A DNA stretch of 64,000 bases, taken from NCBI GenBank assembly GCA_037447605.1, contig CM074821.1:310001-374000 (forward strand), in the 5' to 3' direction. The DNA comes from Zygnema circumcarinatum SAG 698-1b. Lineage: Eukaryota; Plantae; Zygnematophyceae. Every line of letters begins with the position of its first letter. Positions within the stretch are counted from its first letter, which is position 1. The position numbers and the translations under genes were made by a program. This document shows positions 13,093-25,200 of this stretch, one piece after another. Below the pieces are notes generated by a model, which ran no database searches, was not told the DNA's origin, and was given only the letters and a program-made list of their open reading frames with translations.

Positions 13093-16000
13093 TCACAGCG
13101 CAAACCTCCACACACTGAGTGTTCCATCTGCGTGCGCCGCCACAGCACTGGTCATCCCCGCCCTCACACAGAGCACTCCCTCAGAGGGAGCTCCTCCTCC
13201 TCCTGCAGGTCCTCCGGAGCCTCCTCCCCTCTCACCTCTCACGGACGATGAGAGCTCTGAAGGGGGAGTAGGAATGACTACTTCCGGAGCATTACTGGAG
13301 TCAACTACCGTTCTACGAGGACGTAGGAGGGCTCGCACAGGCGTGCAGCTGCTACTGTCCAGGATGTGCATTGTACCGTTAAGACCAGCTGTTATTAGTG
13401 AGGACGGAGCGTACATAGAGGAGTCCAATGAGGAGAGAGTGTTCGCATACAGTCGCAATTTGAAAAGCGGAGTTTTCCAGAACCTGCATGTTACAAGAAG
13501 GAGCTCAATGAGATATCAATCACCCCCTTGTTTGAAGCCGTTACCAGCAGAGAGGCTTATGGGTGTACCTTAGATCCCACCGATGCAGATAGCCCGCACT
13601 CGTGCCTGCTGTCAACGAGTAGCCATCTGCTGCCAGGTGAAGGCATTCAGCCCCTGCCCTTCCCCGGCCCCACATATACAGGTTACATGCATACACTTAC
13701 ATTCACAGCAGACGCTGAGAAACGTAGAACAGCCAATCTGATTGAGGTTCAAACTGAACGAAGAGAAAAGAGTCAATAACAAAGCCTTCAGCAAAAACAG
13801 ACGACGAAGGTGAAGTTTGCTAAAGGAGAGAGGATTGCTGCTCGTCCATGTTGACAAGTGGCTGAAAGAATGAGATTACCTTCCAGTGGGTTCCCAGAAA
13901 GGAGGCGGGCCACAGGCTGGCAGCTATCCACATGATAGACATGTACAAATCCATCTCCCCCTCCGCTTGCGAGCAGTCGGAGTGGTCCTGAAGATGCTAA
14001 GCAGCTGACATGGCGACTATGCAATCTGTTCAAGAAACCAATGGTTCATGAAAATTGGGTTTTCTACAATTGTATTTCCTTTCCCCAACGGCAACCGAGA
14101 TATCGGCAGGCAAACTTTAAAGGTGCAAGTTCACGTTTGTATGCAGGAAGTTCAAATTAAGCCAATAGAAGATGAGAAACGAGACTCCTGCAATGTTGCA
14201 GACCGACAAATGGGGCGCGACTGTGAACGAGACATGTAAGTGTAACTTCAAGATCTGCATTATAAGAAGATTATCAGTCCGTTCTTTCCTCTTGTTTGGC
14301 TTTAAAGCTTAGACTCACCTTAAGATTTGTGAGCACGCAGAGCTGTAGAGGTCAAAGATGCGGACGGAGCCGTCGTCACAGCCGGCCATCACCTCTGCGT
14401 CTTCCAGCCTGCAGTCCTCAGTTCCAAAAAAAAAAAAAAAAACGAAAACACAAACACAAACAGTTTATTCGTATGGAAATAGTAATGGCAATGCCTTGCA
14501 AGTACCTTTTTCACAACATTTGATTTCCTTCCACAGCATGAGATTTAAAAAGAGCTGACAATAGCTACCATTGGCCCATCAGAGACAGCCTCCCAGGAAC
14601 TGCAGGACACATGAACTGTTAAGGACAACAAAATTTGTTTCACGGGGCATTTGGGCTCATTTGTAGGAGGTTTGAACAAACTTAGAAAAGGTTATTTCCT
14701 TCAAAGGGATCCGTCATCACCCCATAGCCCGGACTCTTTGAAAGTGGCCACCAATTCGCCGCAAAAGTCGTCCACTGCTCCTATTCCAGACACAGATTTC
14801 AGGGCCAGCTGCCGCCAATACCTGTTCAAATATCGAATGAAGTTCCAATCAATCGAGGTCTTACTTTTACATATTGCTTTCACAATACGTCAGACGAGTT
14901 CCTTTCAGTTGATCATGAAAGGGGGAAACTGAGGGAAAAGCTGAGAAGAGAACAGACATTAAAACAATCGGTTTGTTAAAAAATTGACCAAATTGGACCT
15001 AGTAAAGGTATAGCTTATCCTTGATGATATTACAAACACAATAGACCAGTAATAGAGCTGTGACGGAGACAAAACATAACCCATAAAGTCATATCAGGAT
15101 CCGGGTTGATGCACGATAACAAATGCTGTAACCCGTTGAAGGTGCATAATAATAGAATAATAGTAATAATAATGCTGATAATAAAATAATAATAGAAATT
15201 GTTCACTGCTGGTAAGAAAACTTACAAGAGCGTCATTCATTGCCACTGCCTGTACGGATGTCCCCGCAGGAGCTCTCAATGTCGTTTTACATCGCCCTGT
15301 TAAACGATTCCATATACGTACTGTCTGCCCAAATTTGACCAAGAAGCAACGGTCCTTGGATGATCATCAAAGCATATTCAGATACCGATGGCAGGACAAA
15401 AGTTTCGAAAAAGGAACTTCATTCAATTCAAGTTGAGGACCTACACAAGGATATCATCAGTGACTCACAAAGCAGCTACTGACCAGCCTTGAGTTAACTA
15501 CTGTGAAAAGAAATACGTGCCCATACAGTTTTCTCCATATATTGCAGAAACGCTCGTCAGCGTGAAATATATTTTCTTCCATTGATGCATTGACTACTCA
15601 GTATTCAGACCTCACTAATACGGAAGCGAGGAACAGCGCCGTTCGAAGTCCACACTCACATGTTAAAATTGTACAGATGTGGAGAGCTTGAGGGTCACCT
15701 GATCAGCAGAGCCACTGGCAATCACACTCCCACGCAGACTGCAGGAAGTCACCCTGCAAATTCCCACCCTTTTCTATTGCGATTTCAATACCATTCTGCT
15801 CTTGCTCGGGTGACCAGTAAAAGGAAGGAACGATATAACATAGGGGCAGGCCAGGACAGCTTACAATCTTTACTACTACAGATAGAAACTCCACCACTCC
15901 TGTCTCTAGCTATTCGGCATGAAATGAATTGATTTTTCGTTTTACCTGCTGGTATGGCCCCTTAAAGTTTGCACAGTGACCCGTCCTCCATGGAAGCGCC

Positions 16001-16669
16001 TGTAGTGCTCCGCGTCTATGGCAACCGCCTTCCATTCTTCCTCTTCCTCTTCCTCGTCTCCTTCCGCGGCCCTTTTTACCTCCCTATCTCTTACTGTCGC
16101 TGACTGACTCTCATTCCTCCCGCTGGGTGTCTTATGAGCCGCTCCTTCCCTTCCTGAAACCAAATTAGTGGGTATTGCAGAGGCCACAGCCGTTTTCGTT
16201 TCTTGCATAAGCTTGAGCTGGTGGGTGCAGACCGCCTTCCAGAGCAAAGTCGAAGACGGCAATGTTTTGGAAATGATGTCATTCCTGAAGGATGACACGC
16301 ATAAAAAAATCAACTAGTGAAGCCAGAAATGCAGTTACAAGAGAGTAGGCATTGATAGTCGTGAAGGAAGTTGGATATCACATGGCAAAGGAACAATATA
16401 TGGGTTGTGACATCCGACTAATATTGGAAGTGATCGAAAATACCTGTCTCCTTATGGATATTGGCTAGGATTAGGGTTGGAGCTCGGATGAGGATTAAGG
16501 CTCTTCACAACACGAGCAAAAAGGAGAGGAAAGGCGCTCACCAATACGAGCAAACAAGGCAGCACCGAGCAAGATGAATAGGATCCAAGAAAGAGAAAAC
16601 GAGGCAGAGAACATCGTCTGGCTGACTGCACGACACATTTCTGTGCAGCCTTCTCGACTCTTCCGCCAT
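13093..16669 (-). CDS. F-box/WD40-repeat protein (At3g52030-like architecture)
   Basis: Exon 1 MAEESRR..QPDDVLCLVFSFLDPIHLARCCLVC (F-box). WD40-like exons: VQTLRGHTSR, TVRIWNRLTGRCKTTLR, LLASGGGDGFVHVYH, VAAHADGTLSVWRF*. Confidence 0.85.
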
Positions 16670-16842
16670 GGAAACGCTTCTGCAGGAGTTCTAAATCGAG
16701 GACGTCCTGGTAGCGGTAACCTCTTGCAGCTGCATTACACTACTTCTTACTCAAAATCTGCAGCAAACATGAGTTGCCTGCAAACAGCTGCTTTGCGCTG
16801 AAATTCAATTCGAGTATAAGGGGCGGCGCTGGCCAATAGTGC

Positions 16843-17627
16843 AGGGTTAGGGTTAGGGTTAGGGTTAGGGTTAGGGTTAGGGTTAGGGTTAGGGTTAGGG
16901 TTAGGGTTAGGGTTAGGGTTAGGGTTAGGATTAGGGTTAGGGTTGGGGATAGGGCTAGGGTTAGGGTTAGGGTTAGGGTAAGCGTCAGGGATAGGGTTAG
17001 GGTTAGGGGTTACGGTTAGGGTTAGGGTTAGCCTTATCGGGTCGACGGGGGACCAACGGACGGACAGGAGTCGCGGACGTCAGGGTTAGGGTTAGGGTTA
17101 GGGTTAGGGTTAGGGTTAGGGTTAGGGTTAGGGTTAGGGTTAGGGTTAGCTTTAGGGTTAGGGTAAGGGTCAGGGATAGGGTTAAAGTTAGGGGTTACGG
17201 TTAGGGTTAGGGTTAGCCTTATCGGGTCGATGGGGGACCAACGGACGGACAGGAGTCGCGGACGTCAGGGTTAGGGTGAGGGTTAGAGTTAGGGTTAGAG
17301 TTAGGGTTAGGGTTAGGGTTAGGGTTAGGGTTAGGGTTAGGGTTAGGGTTAGGGTTACGGTTAGGGTTAGGGTTAGCCTTACTGTATCGAGTCGGCGGGG
17401 GACCAACGGACGGACAGGAGTCGCGGGCGTCAGGGTTAGGGTTATTAGGGTTAGGGTTAGGGTTAGGGTTACAGTTAGGGTTAGGGTTAGCCTTACTTCG
17501 GGTCGACAGGGGACCAACGGACGGACAGGAGTAGTCGCGGACGTCAGGGTTAGGGTTAGGGTTAGGGCTACGGTTAGCGTTAGGGTTAGCCTTATCGGGT
17601 CGGCGGGGGACCAACGGACGGACAGGA
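16843..17627 (+). repeat. Interstitial (TTAGGG)n array interrupted by 5 copies of a 52-57 nt CpG-rich unit
   Basis: TTAGGG tracts at about 16843-17031, 17084-17216, 17269-17376, 17434-17490 and 17548-17589. Unit CCTTATCGGGTCGACGGGGGACCAACGGACGGACAGGAGTCGCGGACGTCAG starts at 17032, 17217, 17377, 17491 and 17590 (last copy truncated). Confidence 0.96.
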
Positions 17628-17816
17628 TTCGTCGTCTGCGCGGCGCCGCGAACGCATGGGACGGCCCAGAAGCGTCAGATCTCATCGGACGGCGCAGGCT
17701 GGCTGCCTTCCCTGGCGCCCCTGGGAGCCACAAGGCGCTCGGCCTCGCCCCATGCACAGTTTCTACTTCTTCTCTTCAGGCGAGCGCTGTTGCGGGCGGA
17801 CCTGCTTTTCCGAGCC

Positions 17817-20800
17817 ATGGCGTTCCCATCGATATTTCTCGCCCTCTTCCTCCTTTGCGTGCCTTTGGCGCATGGAAACGATGATGTGTCGGAGTCAGTT
17901 GCTAGAGGCATGCCAGCCTTCATGGAAACAGGTGAGCTCAGTTGTGCTTGTCTGCCGCGCTTTTCGCTGCTTGATGGGAGCAGCAGCAATGATTGCAACA
18001 TGCTGCTTAGGAAATGCGCAGTTTTCTGATTCCTTGTGGTTCTTCTGCTGTAAGAAACTGTTTTTCCAAGCCGTTTTCAGGTTGTTTGCAAGCTTTTGTC
18101 AAGATCTTGCTCCGTTGCAAGAATATCGCCCATGTTTGACCCATGAGTTTGACTCTTTATTTTCTTTCTTGGCATCCAGGTGGCCTTACTGTAAGTGCTC
18201 CAATTGAAACTCTGGAATCAAGATACGTGTACGGAGCGAATCAGAATCCATTGCAGACTGTTATTCGATTCAAAGTCCCTGCTTGCTCGCTCCATACGCG
18301 TGCAATGAAGTATTTTTTCGTCAGCAAGGTGATTGTATCGTTCAACGATGAGACGAAGGCTTCATATTGGAGTGGGTTGCTGACGACTTCCTCGAGTGCG
18401 GAGGTCTGTCTGCACAGGTGAGCTCACTGCATGCTATGCTTTTTTTGGCTTTTCTTTCGTGGCTTGGCATGCTATTACTAGTGCAAAGGGCATCGTGGAT
18501 TCTTGCGTGTTTCCTTTGCTTTCAAAAAAGTCTTTAGTCGCTTTGTTTAAAGACAGGATCAGGAACTTTGCCTCATTTTGTTAAAATTGTTTGTCACTTA
18601 CATTAGTTTAACTGTTTACTTGCTGTTTTTTCGTGTTGTTTCTTGTCCTTTTTTGCAGGAATGAGAGCATTGAAATGGGCTCGTGCCTTGATGCTTGGAT
18701 TCCTTTTAAAAAGACGGTAACCTTGACTTTCCTTGTGTACCATTCTGAAGTTACTTATGTGGACATTAAGATTCCGTTAATCGAAGGACTTTCGAATGCC
18801 AAGTTACAGGTGCAACTTACAGAAGGTACGTGTTGACAACTTTCACGAGTACAGGCTTGCAGGGTAGGCGTTGACGAAGAGAAACAACGTTCTCCTTTTG
18901 GAGCAGATCTAAAGACATTTCTTTGCTTGGGTTTTTGGCTGATCCTTATCTTGCTGTATGGGGAATTGCGGTGTTTGCAGAATTCTGTAGTTATCGCGTA
19001 TATCTCTTCATGTTGGGCATCTTCTTGTTCTTGATGGCGCCGATTCTAAGCCAATGGCTGCTATTTTATTATAGCAGCGGAATGCTTTTTGGAGTTGCTT
19101 TTATTGCATTCATTCTACCTTATAAGGTATTTGCTTCAACCATTTGAGGCATGTTGTCATGTTTCTAGATCTGTGAGTGTTTCGAGCTCTTGATCCATCC
19201 AACCACCCAATTTCAATTGCTAACCGGCACATTTTGGTACTCAGGATTAATTTGGGCTGTAAAAGGGTATGTTTGCAGGCTTTTCGACAAGCGCCGACTA
19301 TTGAACAAGGCCTATGGTATATTCTATATTTGGGGTCCTTTGTAAGTTGCTAACCTCGCGTCATGAGTCATCATCATCCTGTTGCTACTTTCAAATGTCT
19401 TTTTTTTTCTTTTTTTACGTTTTCTAGAAAGTTTCTAAGCAGTCAATGCATCATTCGGATGGAGGAAAACTGATTTCAAGGTTAACTGAATGGTTGATTA
19501 CATTAGTTTCAGATTGCGATGTATTGCGCATTTCAATTTGGAACTGATTGGTGAATCCTCAGTTTGGCTATTGGTTTCGTCATCGTAGCTTTCGGAAAGA
19601 TATGCTGAAATGTGGGTTTTTTGTTCTGTTTTGTGATTTTATGGCAGACGGGAATCGGTTATATTGGACAACTCTATTTCTTGTTTCAAGCATTCGATGC
19701 AATGCAAAGTTTAAGTGGACATGGAGAGGCAGCCACTTCGGTAAGTTGCTTCTGCCCATTCTTCTGCCTTCCAACATATGATTGCGGCAAAAAAAACTGA
19801 CATTATTAACAATTTTTTTTTATTGGTTTTAATTTTGTGCAGATCCTTATATTATCAATCGTCATGTTTCTTTTGATTGGAGCTGGGCTCGGATATTGGA
19901 CTACTCGGAGTATCATATTGACACCCGAAGGCAAAATAACTCCTTCAATTGCTGGATTCGTGAAGTGGGCTATGCGCATCGTGTCTATAGCTCTCCTGAG
20001 TCAGGTAGTTTTTTCCCTTTCTCTTTTGTTGAATACGGCTGCTTCATCAAAGGAAGTTATGCTTTTTTTTTTCAATTTGAGGTGAAAACTTCGACTATAG
20101 ATGGAGTGTTTGATTGAATGTACCATTTCAATGTGTCTAGTGGTGTCCTCATTTCTGATATTTTCATATGGGAATTGCAGAGTTCTCACGATCTCGAAGA
20201 CTCTACATTTGCCGTTCTATTGGTGACTATCGCTTCGCAGTTGCTTCATGTCCAACTTTGGTATGTCCCAGCTGAACTGCCTTTTATCATTTCTGGATTG
20301 TAGCTGAACCATTTGGGAAATCGCGCAATTCAAAGGAGACATTCTTATGTTTTTGTGGCTCCTCGTGTCGGATGTAGTATTTTCTCTCTTTTTATTCTTG
20401 TACGTTTGCGCTATGTACAGGAGACTAACCAAGCAAAGGAGTACTTGTGAGCAAAATTGTTTTGATCCTGCGATTGGCGGTAGGTCTTCAAAAAACAACA
20501 CTGGTCGTCTTTTGATTGTTGTATGCAAGATGTAATTAAAGTCAGCTGCTTTCAAGAGATTGAGATGTGATGTCAGCTGAAATCGAGTTTGCAGTCAACT
20601 TGGATGTGGCTACTCGTTTTTTTGCAATGTGTCAATCTTGTTTCTCATAAGAGAAGATCTCAGACTGTTCTCGTTCTTTGCTGGTACTTGCGTTGGTGCT
20701 TGAACTGATTTTTTTTTTTTTGGTTTTTGTGCAGGTGACTATGGGAAAGATTTCATTCCCATGCATATCCAAGAGCGGGCATACGTCTCGACGTTCCATG

Positions 20801-21432
20801 GCTCTCCACGTCGACGTTTCCAAAGCTCACAAGAAGCGACTCGTATCTCTCAAGCGTGCACGCAGGCAGCTCTCGGCGATTTGGTTCGATCGCCTGAATT
20901 CAAGAAATGGGCGCATGGAAACCGAAATTCGATTTGTTCCCACTACCGGTAGGAGCAAGGAATGGATTGGGGTACCTTCAAAAGGACGGTGGAGTATGGT
21001 GAGAGTACTCCACATGCTAATGTTTGGTATCTCGAAGAAAACGTCTTTGGATTCGACTCTCTTCATGCACAAAAAAGGCCAAAAGGGGCCTGCAAAAAAG
21101 CTAAGAGGATGGTGGATTTTCGGCACGTTGAAGGAAGCGGGTCGAGAAATTCAAGAGCTCAATAAGTGGACGACTGGCGAATAAGTTAGAATGTCTATGA
21201 CGAAAATGAGGTGGTTGTAGCCTTCGGTTGCACGCGGATGCAAGAGTTTGCAAGGTTGAAAATGGAGTTGTACTTGTTCCTGTTTGGCTGTGATTGTAAA
21301 TATTTATTTCATATGTTTTTCAGGAGCAGGTCTAGTCTATTTTCTGGCTTTGCCAATGCTTTGCCTAGTGATAGAGAAAGTCAAACATGTCAAGGTCGGT
21401 CAGAGATGGTCAGTCTAAAAGGTGGCAGTTGA
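17817..21432 (+). CDS. Nuclear envelope integral membrane protein (NEMP1/DUF2215-like)
   Basis: Signal peptide MAFPSIFLALFLLCVPLAHG; TM exons (FLFLMAPILSQWLLFYYSSGM, LIGAGLGYWTTRSIILTPEGKITPSIAGFVKWAMRIV); C-terminal YVSTFHGSPRRRF..TQAALGDLVRSPEFKKW, which matches the plant NEMP motif. The last intron is inferred as 20949-21321 (phase 2). Confidence 0.8.
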
Positions 21433-22259
21433 CGTCTACCTTTTCAGTAGGAGAGTGGGGGTGGACCATAGAAGCCTTGTGAATTACTTGGTTTTGGATG
21501 ACCCACTTTCCTCTTCAAGTGGTCGGGTGTTTGGCTCATCTTTTGGCCACATCACTTTCCCTTTTTGTCCTTTGAAATAGCGATTTGCTATTTTGTTGAA
21601 GTTAAACACCGTTGTGTTACAGTGCATGTCATGATTTTGCTCCTCAATAGAGAAGTGTGTGATCACTTTGAGATCATTCTGTGTAAATTAACTGGCATGA
21701 TTTCGCTCTCATATCGGTCTACTATGTGCTGCTTGCTGATCACATGAGGCATTTCCCTTTGTCTATTCCTGGATGCACGTGAATTGTGGAAGAATGCCCC
21801 TTATGATGCAGTACCACACATCGATGGTTGGAAGATTACAGCTTTTGCCTTGAACAATTAATTCCTCGTGATGAACTGAGGTTGGGTGAGTACTAAGTAG
21901 CAATGACTCGCATCGCTCTGCTCAACCCCTTATGACTAAAAAATCGTAGGACCATTTCTCAGAAGTATTTCATATTTTGCACAAGGCCCGGATTCCCCCA
22001 GAATAGGGATGGCCGTAAAATTATTATTTTTTTTAAATTAAAGTGACAAGGAAAAACAAATCCCATAAAATGCCCCACGATATCCAAACAAAGACCAACA
22101 GGAGTGGAGTGGCTGGCAAGACAAGGAGAGGGACACCTCTGCTTCCAAGTGATGGGCAACGAGAGTACAACTGGCCTCCATTCCAGGAGCGCTTTTGGTC
22201 AGCCAAAGAACCATGGCTCTGCTTAGGTGCAAGAAACAATAGTCAAATGCCATACATTC

Positions 22260-25200
22260 CTACTTCCTTCCTTCTGGAGAGCCTCTCCGCAGCCGTGGAC
22301 CCGAGTCGTCCGTGTTCACATCTGCCCGGATCTCCCCACGTCCCATTTCTCCTCTCAGACTCTCTTCCTCCCGCCTTGCATTGACTCTTCTTGGAGACCT
22401 CTCATTCCTCCCTATGATCCTTGCAGCTTCCTCCTCTCTCCGTAGCCTTCTCCCTCCCTCTAACGACACATCCACATGAGAGGGTCCTTCACGAACAGGG
22501 GCTCTCTCTCCTCCAGGCACTGCAGCCTTCAAGGCAGCAAGGAGCTCCCTATCACGTTTATCCATCAGAACAGACCCTTCTTCGATATGAGGGGAAAGCC
22601 TTCTTGATCCCGAGCGTGGCCGTACAATTGTGACACTCCGATCAAACTCTCGATCTCTCTCCTTCAATTTGATGCTCTCTCTTTCCCTCTCCTTCTCCCG
22701 TTCCTTTGCACGCTCCTTTTCCCACTCCATCTCCCTGTCCCTCTCCCTCCCACGCTCTTTGTCTCGCTCGCGCTCATTGCTCCGCTCTCTATCACCTTCC
22801 ATTAGTTTTTTCAAGGTTGCTGAAGGTGAGCGCTGGGTTCTAGGAGGCGGTGGTGGAAGCGGCAATTTGGGAGGGGGTATTGACCGTCTCGGCGAATCAT
22901 CTGCTCTCACACCGTCTGCCCCTCTCGTCTCTCTTCGCCTGCTTGAAGGAGACTGACTCCGCCTCCGGCCCCGGCCTCCCACACCTCCCCCCATGCATCC
23001 TCCACCTCCACTCTCCTCACTGAGGTGAGGACTACCACCTCTAGGTGTCCGAGATAAAGACCTCCTTGGAGAGCTTGACCTTGAGCGATGGCGTGGAGAG
23101 AGAGCATGGTTCCCCCCTCTGCTCCCTCTACCACCCCTGCTGATGGGACTCAAGCTACGATGCTGAGGGACCCACCCGTCAGCCTCCTCAATCCCAACAC
23201 TACCACGTCCATGTCGCCCACTCACATGCTGCGAACTTCCCCCCCTACCAAACGGAGGGCCTCCAAACCGCTCCCCAATAGGACCCACGTTTGGCCCTGC
23301 CATCCCTCCAGGACCTATCCCCATCCCTAGCCTGGACCCCACTCCCATCCCTAGGCCTATACCTAACCCGAGCCCAGGGCCCATGCCCATCCCCATGCCT
23401 CCTGGCAGTCCCACTCCTCTCATCATTCCAAGGCCCATACCCCCCATGCCCATACCCAAGGCAGGGCCCCTTCCCATCCCAAACATGGCTGGGCCTCTAC
23501 CTCCTGCCGGAAACCCAGGCAGCATTCTTCCTACTGGAGGCGGACCTCTCGGGCCATTAGCCTTTGTGATAGTACCATCAGGACCCACCATGAAACCACT
23601 GCTCTCTACTTTAGCTGCTGCCATGGCAGCCGCATTGGCAGGCCCACCTCTAAATGAGCTTGGAGAAAAGTTTGGACTCTCCGGAAATCGACCAATTGAT
23701 TGTGAGTCCTGCCGGCCCGGAGCCCCCCATGGAGCAGCGCCCATGTTGGGGGAGTCAGCGTAGGGAAAGTCAGCCCGTCCACGACTTCTCCCTGGGAAAC
23801 CCCTTTCTCGCCCTCTCCCAAGGACTTCACGAGGTGACGGACTCAATTCTGCATCTTCCAGTCTGTCACCAAAACATACAACACATCTGAGGAAAGGGGC
23901 TGGAGGACCATAATCTTCAGAATATACAGGAACAGAAGGGGATGAACGTAAGCAAGGAACTAAAGACACCCCAGAATTCGAAGCCCCACGCAAGCTCTGC
24001 TGACTAGAAACTCCGAACGCGGCAGCTAACACATTTCTTTACTTACTGCTCTATAAAGAATAGCCTGCTCTGTTTTGCTTCTCACCTTCGAGGCCAAGTC
24101 GGGTGTCCCCGTCCGCTCCAACCATCCTCTCGATCGCTGCCGGTTGGCGGATCAACTCTAAGGTGTCCCCCTCTGCCAAACCTGTGCCCCCCCACATGTC
24201 GGTGTCCACCTCCTCCACCTCCTCCACTTGCTCCACCTGCTGCACCTGCTGCCCCTCCGAATGAAGCGGAGCCTCCCCCAGCTCGTGAAAGTTTCAGAGT
24301 GCCCGCTTGAACAGCCTTCAGAGCATCCTCAGGACGGTGAAAGCCGTCCGGCAATTGATCCCACCCTGAGTTTTTGTTCCTGCTTGCGGAGTTGTCAGCA
24401 GTTCCGGTTCCCATAGTCACGTTACTCTGCTCTAAGATTTCAGTTGCCTCGGATGGACTGAGCTCATTATTTCCTGCCCCCCCCTCTCTGCTGCCTTCAC
24501 CTATCTCTCTGTTCTCTTCACCTGTTCCATTCTTCGTATCCGCTTCTAGCCCTTCGATCTCCTCATCCATGCCGTCAACTTCTGCCCGTTGTTCCAAGCC
24601 CTGCACATTTTTTGCGTCTCTTCTGTCATCCATCACATCTGCCGACCTTTCAGAAGCCCCAATATCTTCCACTTCTCTTCCTTCTCCGGTTTCAATGCCT
24701 ACGGTAATCCCACCATCAATTCTTCCCTCAGCATTCTCATCATCAAGATCCGGTTGACTTGAAGCCTCCCTGCCCATGCTAGAAGTGCCAACACCACATT
24801 CCAAATCCTTTTCTTCCACTTGTTTCTGCATGGTTAGTTCAGAAGCATAGGCCGGCTCGACAGTCTCGTGGCCCTCCAAATCGATGCTGAGTTTCTCTTG
24901 CTCCTCATTTTCCCCTGTCTCTGCAATTCCCCTCTCTCTAACACCTCTGTTTTGTCTTTTCCAGCTTCTATCCTCCTCCATATCTTCATCATCCAAATCT
25001 TCCTCCAATAGCGGCTGCTCTATCTCCCCTTCATTATCGCAAGTCGCCTCTGCACGCACATGTGCAGCACTATGTGGCCCGTCGATCAGCTCTCTGCCCG
25101 CATTTTCTCTACAGTCAACTTCCACATCACCATTCACCTCCATTTCTTTTGCGTTCCCTGCTTCATCGTTCATGCTGATATCTGAATCATCGTAGTCAAC

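Noticed and set aside
17032-17627. CRISPR-like look (constant unit with variable intervals)
   Set aside because: The intervals are telomeric repeats rather than unique spacers, there are no cas genes, and the context is a eukaryotic intron-rich genome.
17188-17884. ORFs with LT, NP and RV dipeptide repeats
   Set aside because: They are translations of the TTAGGG array.
20678-21184. 168-aa ORF and apparent TAG readthrough at 20950 in the NEMP-like gene
   Set aside because: The conserved STFH..SPEF motif is in a different frame from the 168-aa ORF. A CG|GTAGG donor at 20949 splices in phase to the exon at 21322-21432, which explains the stop without recoding.
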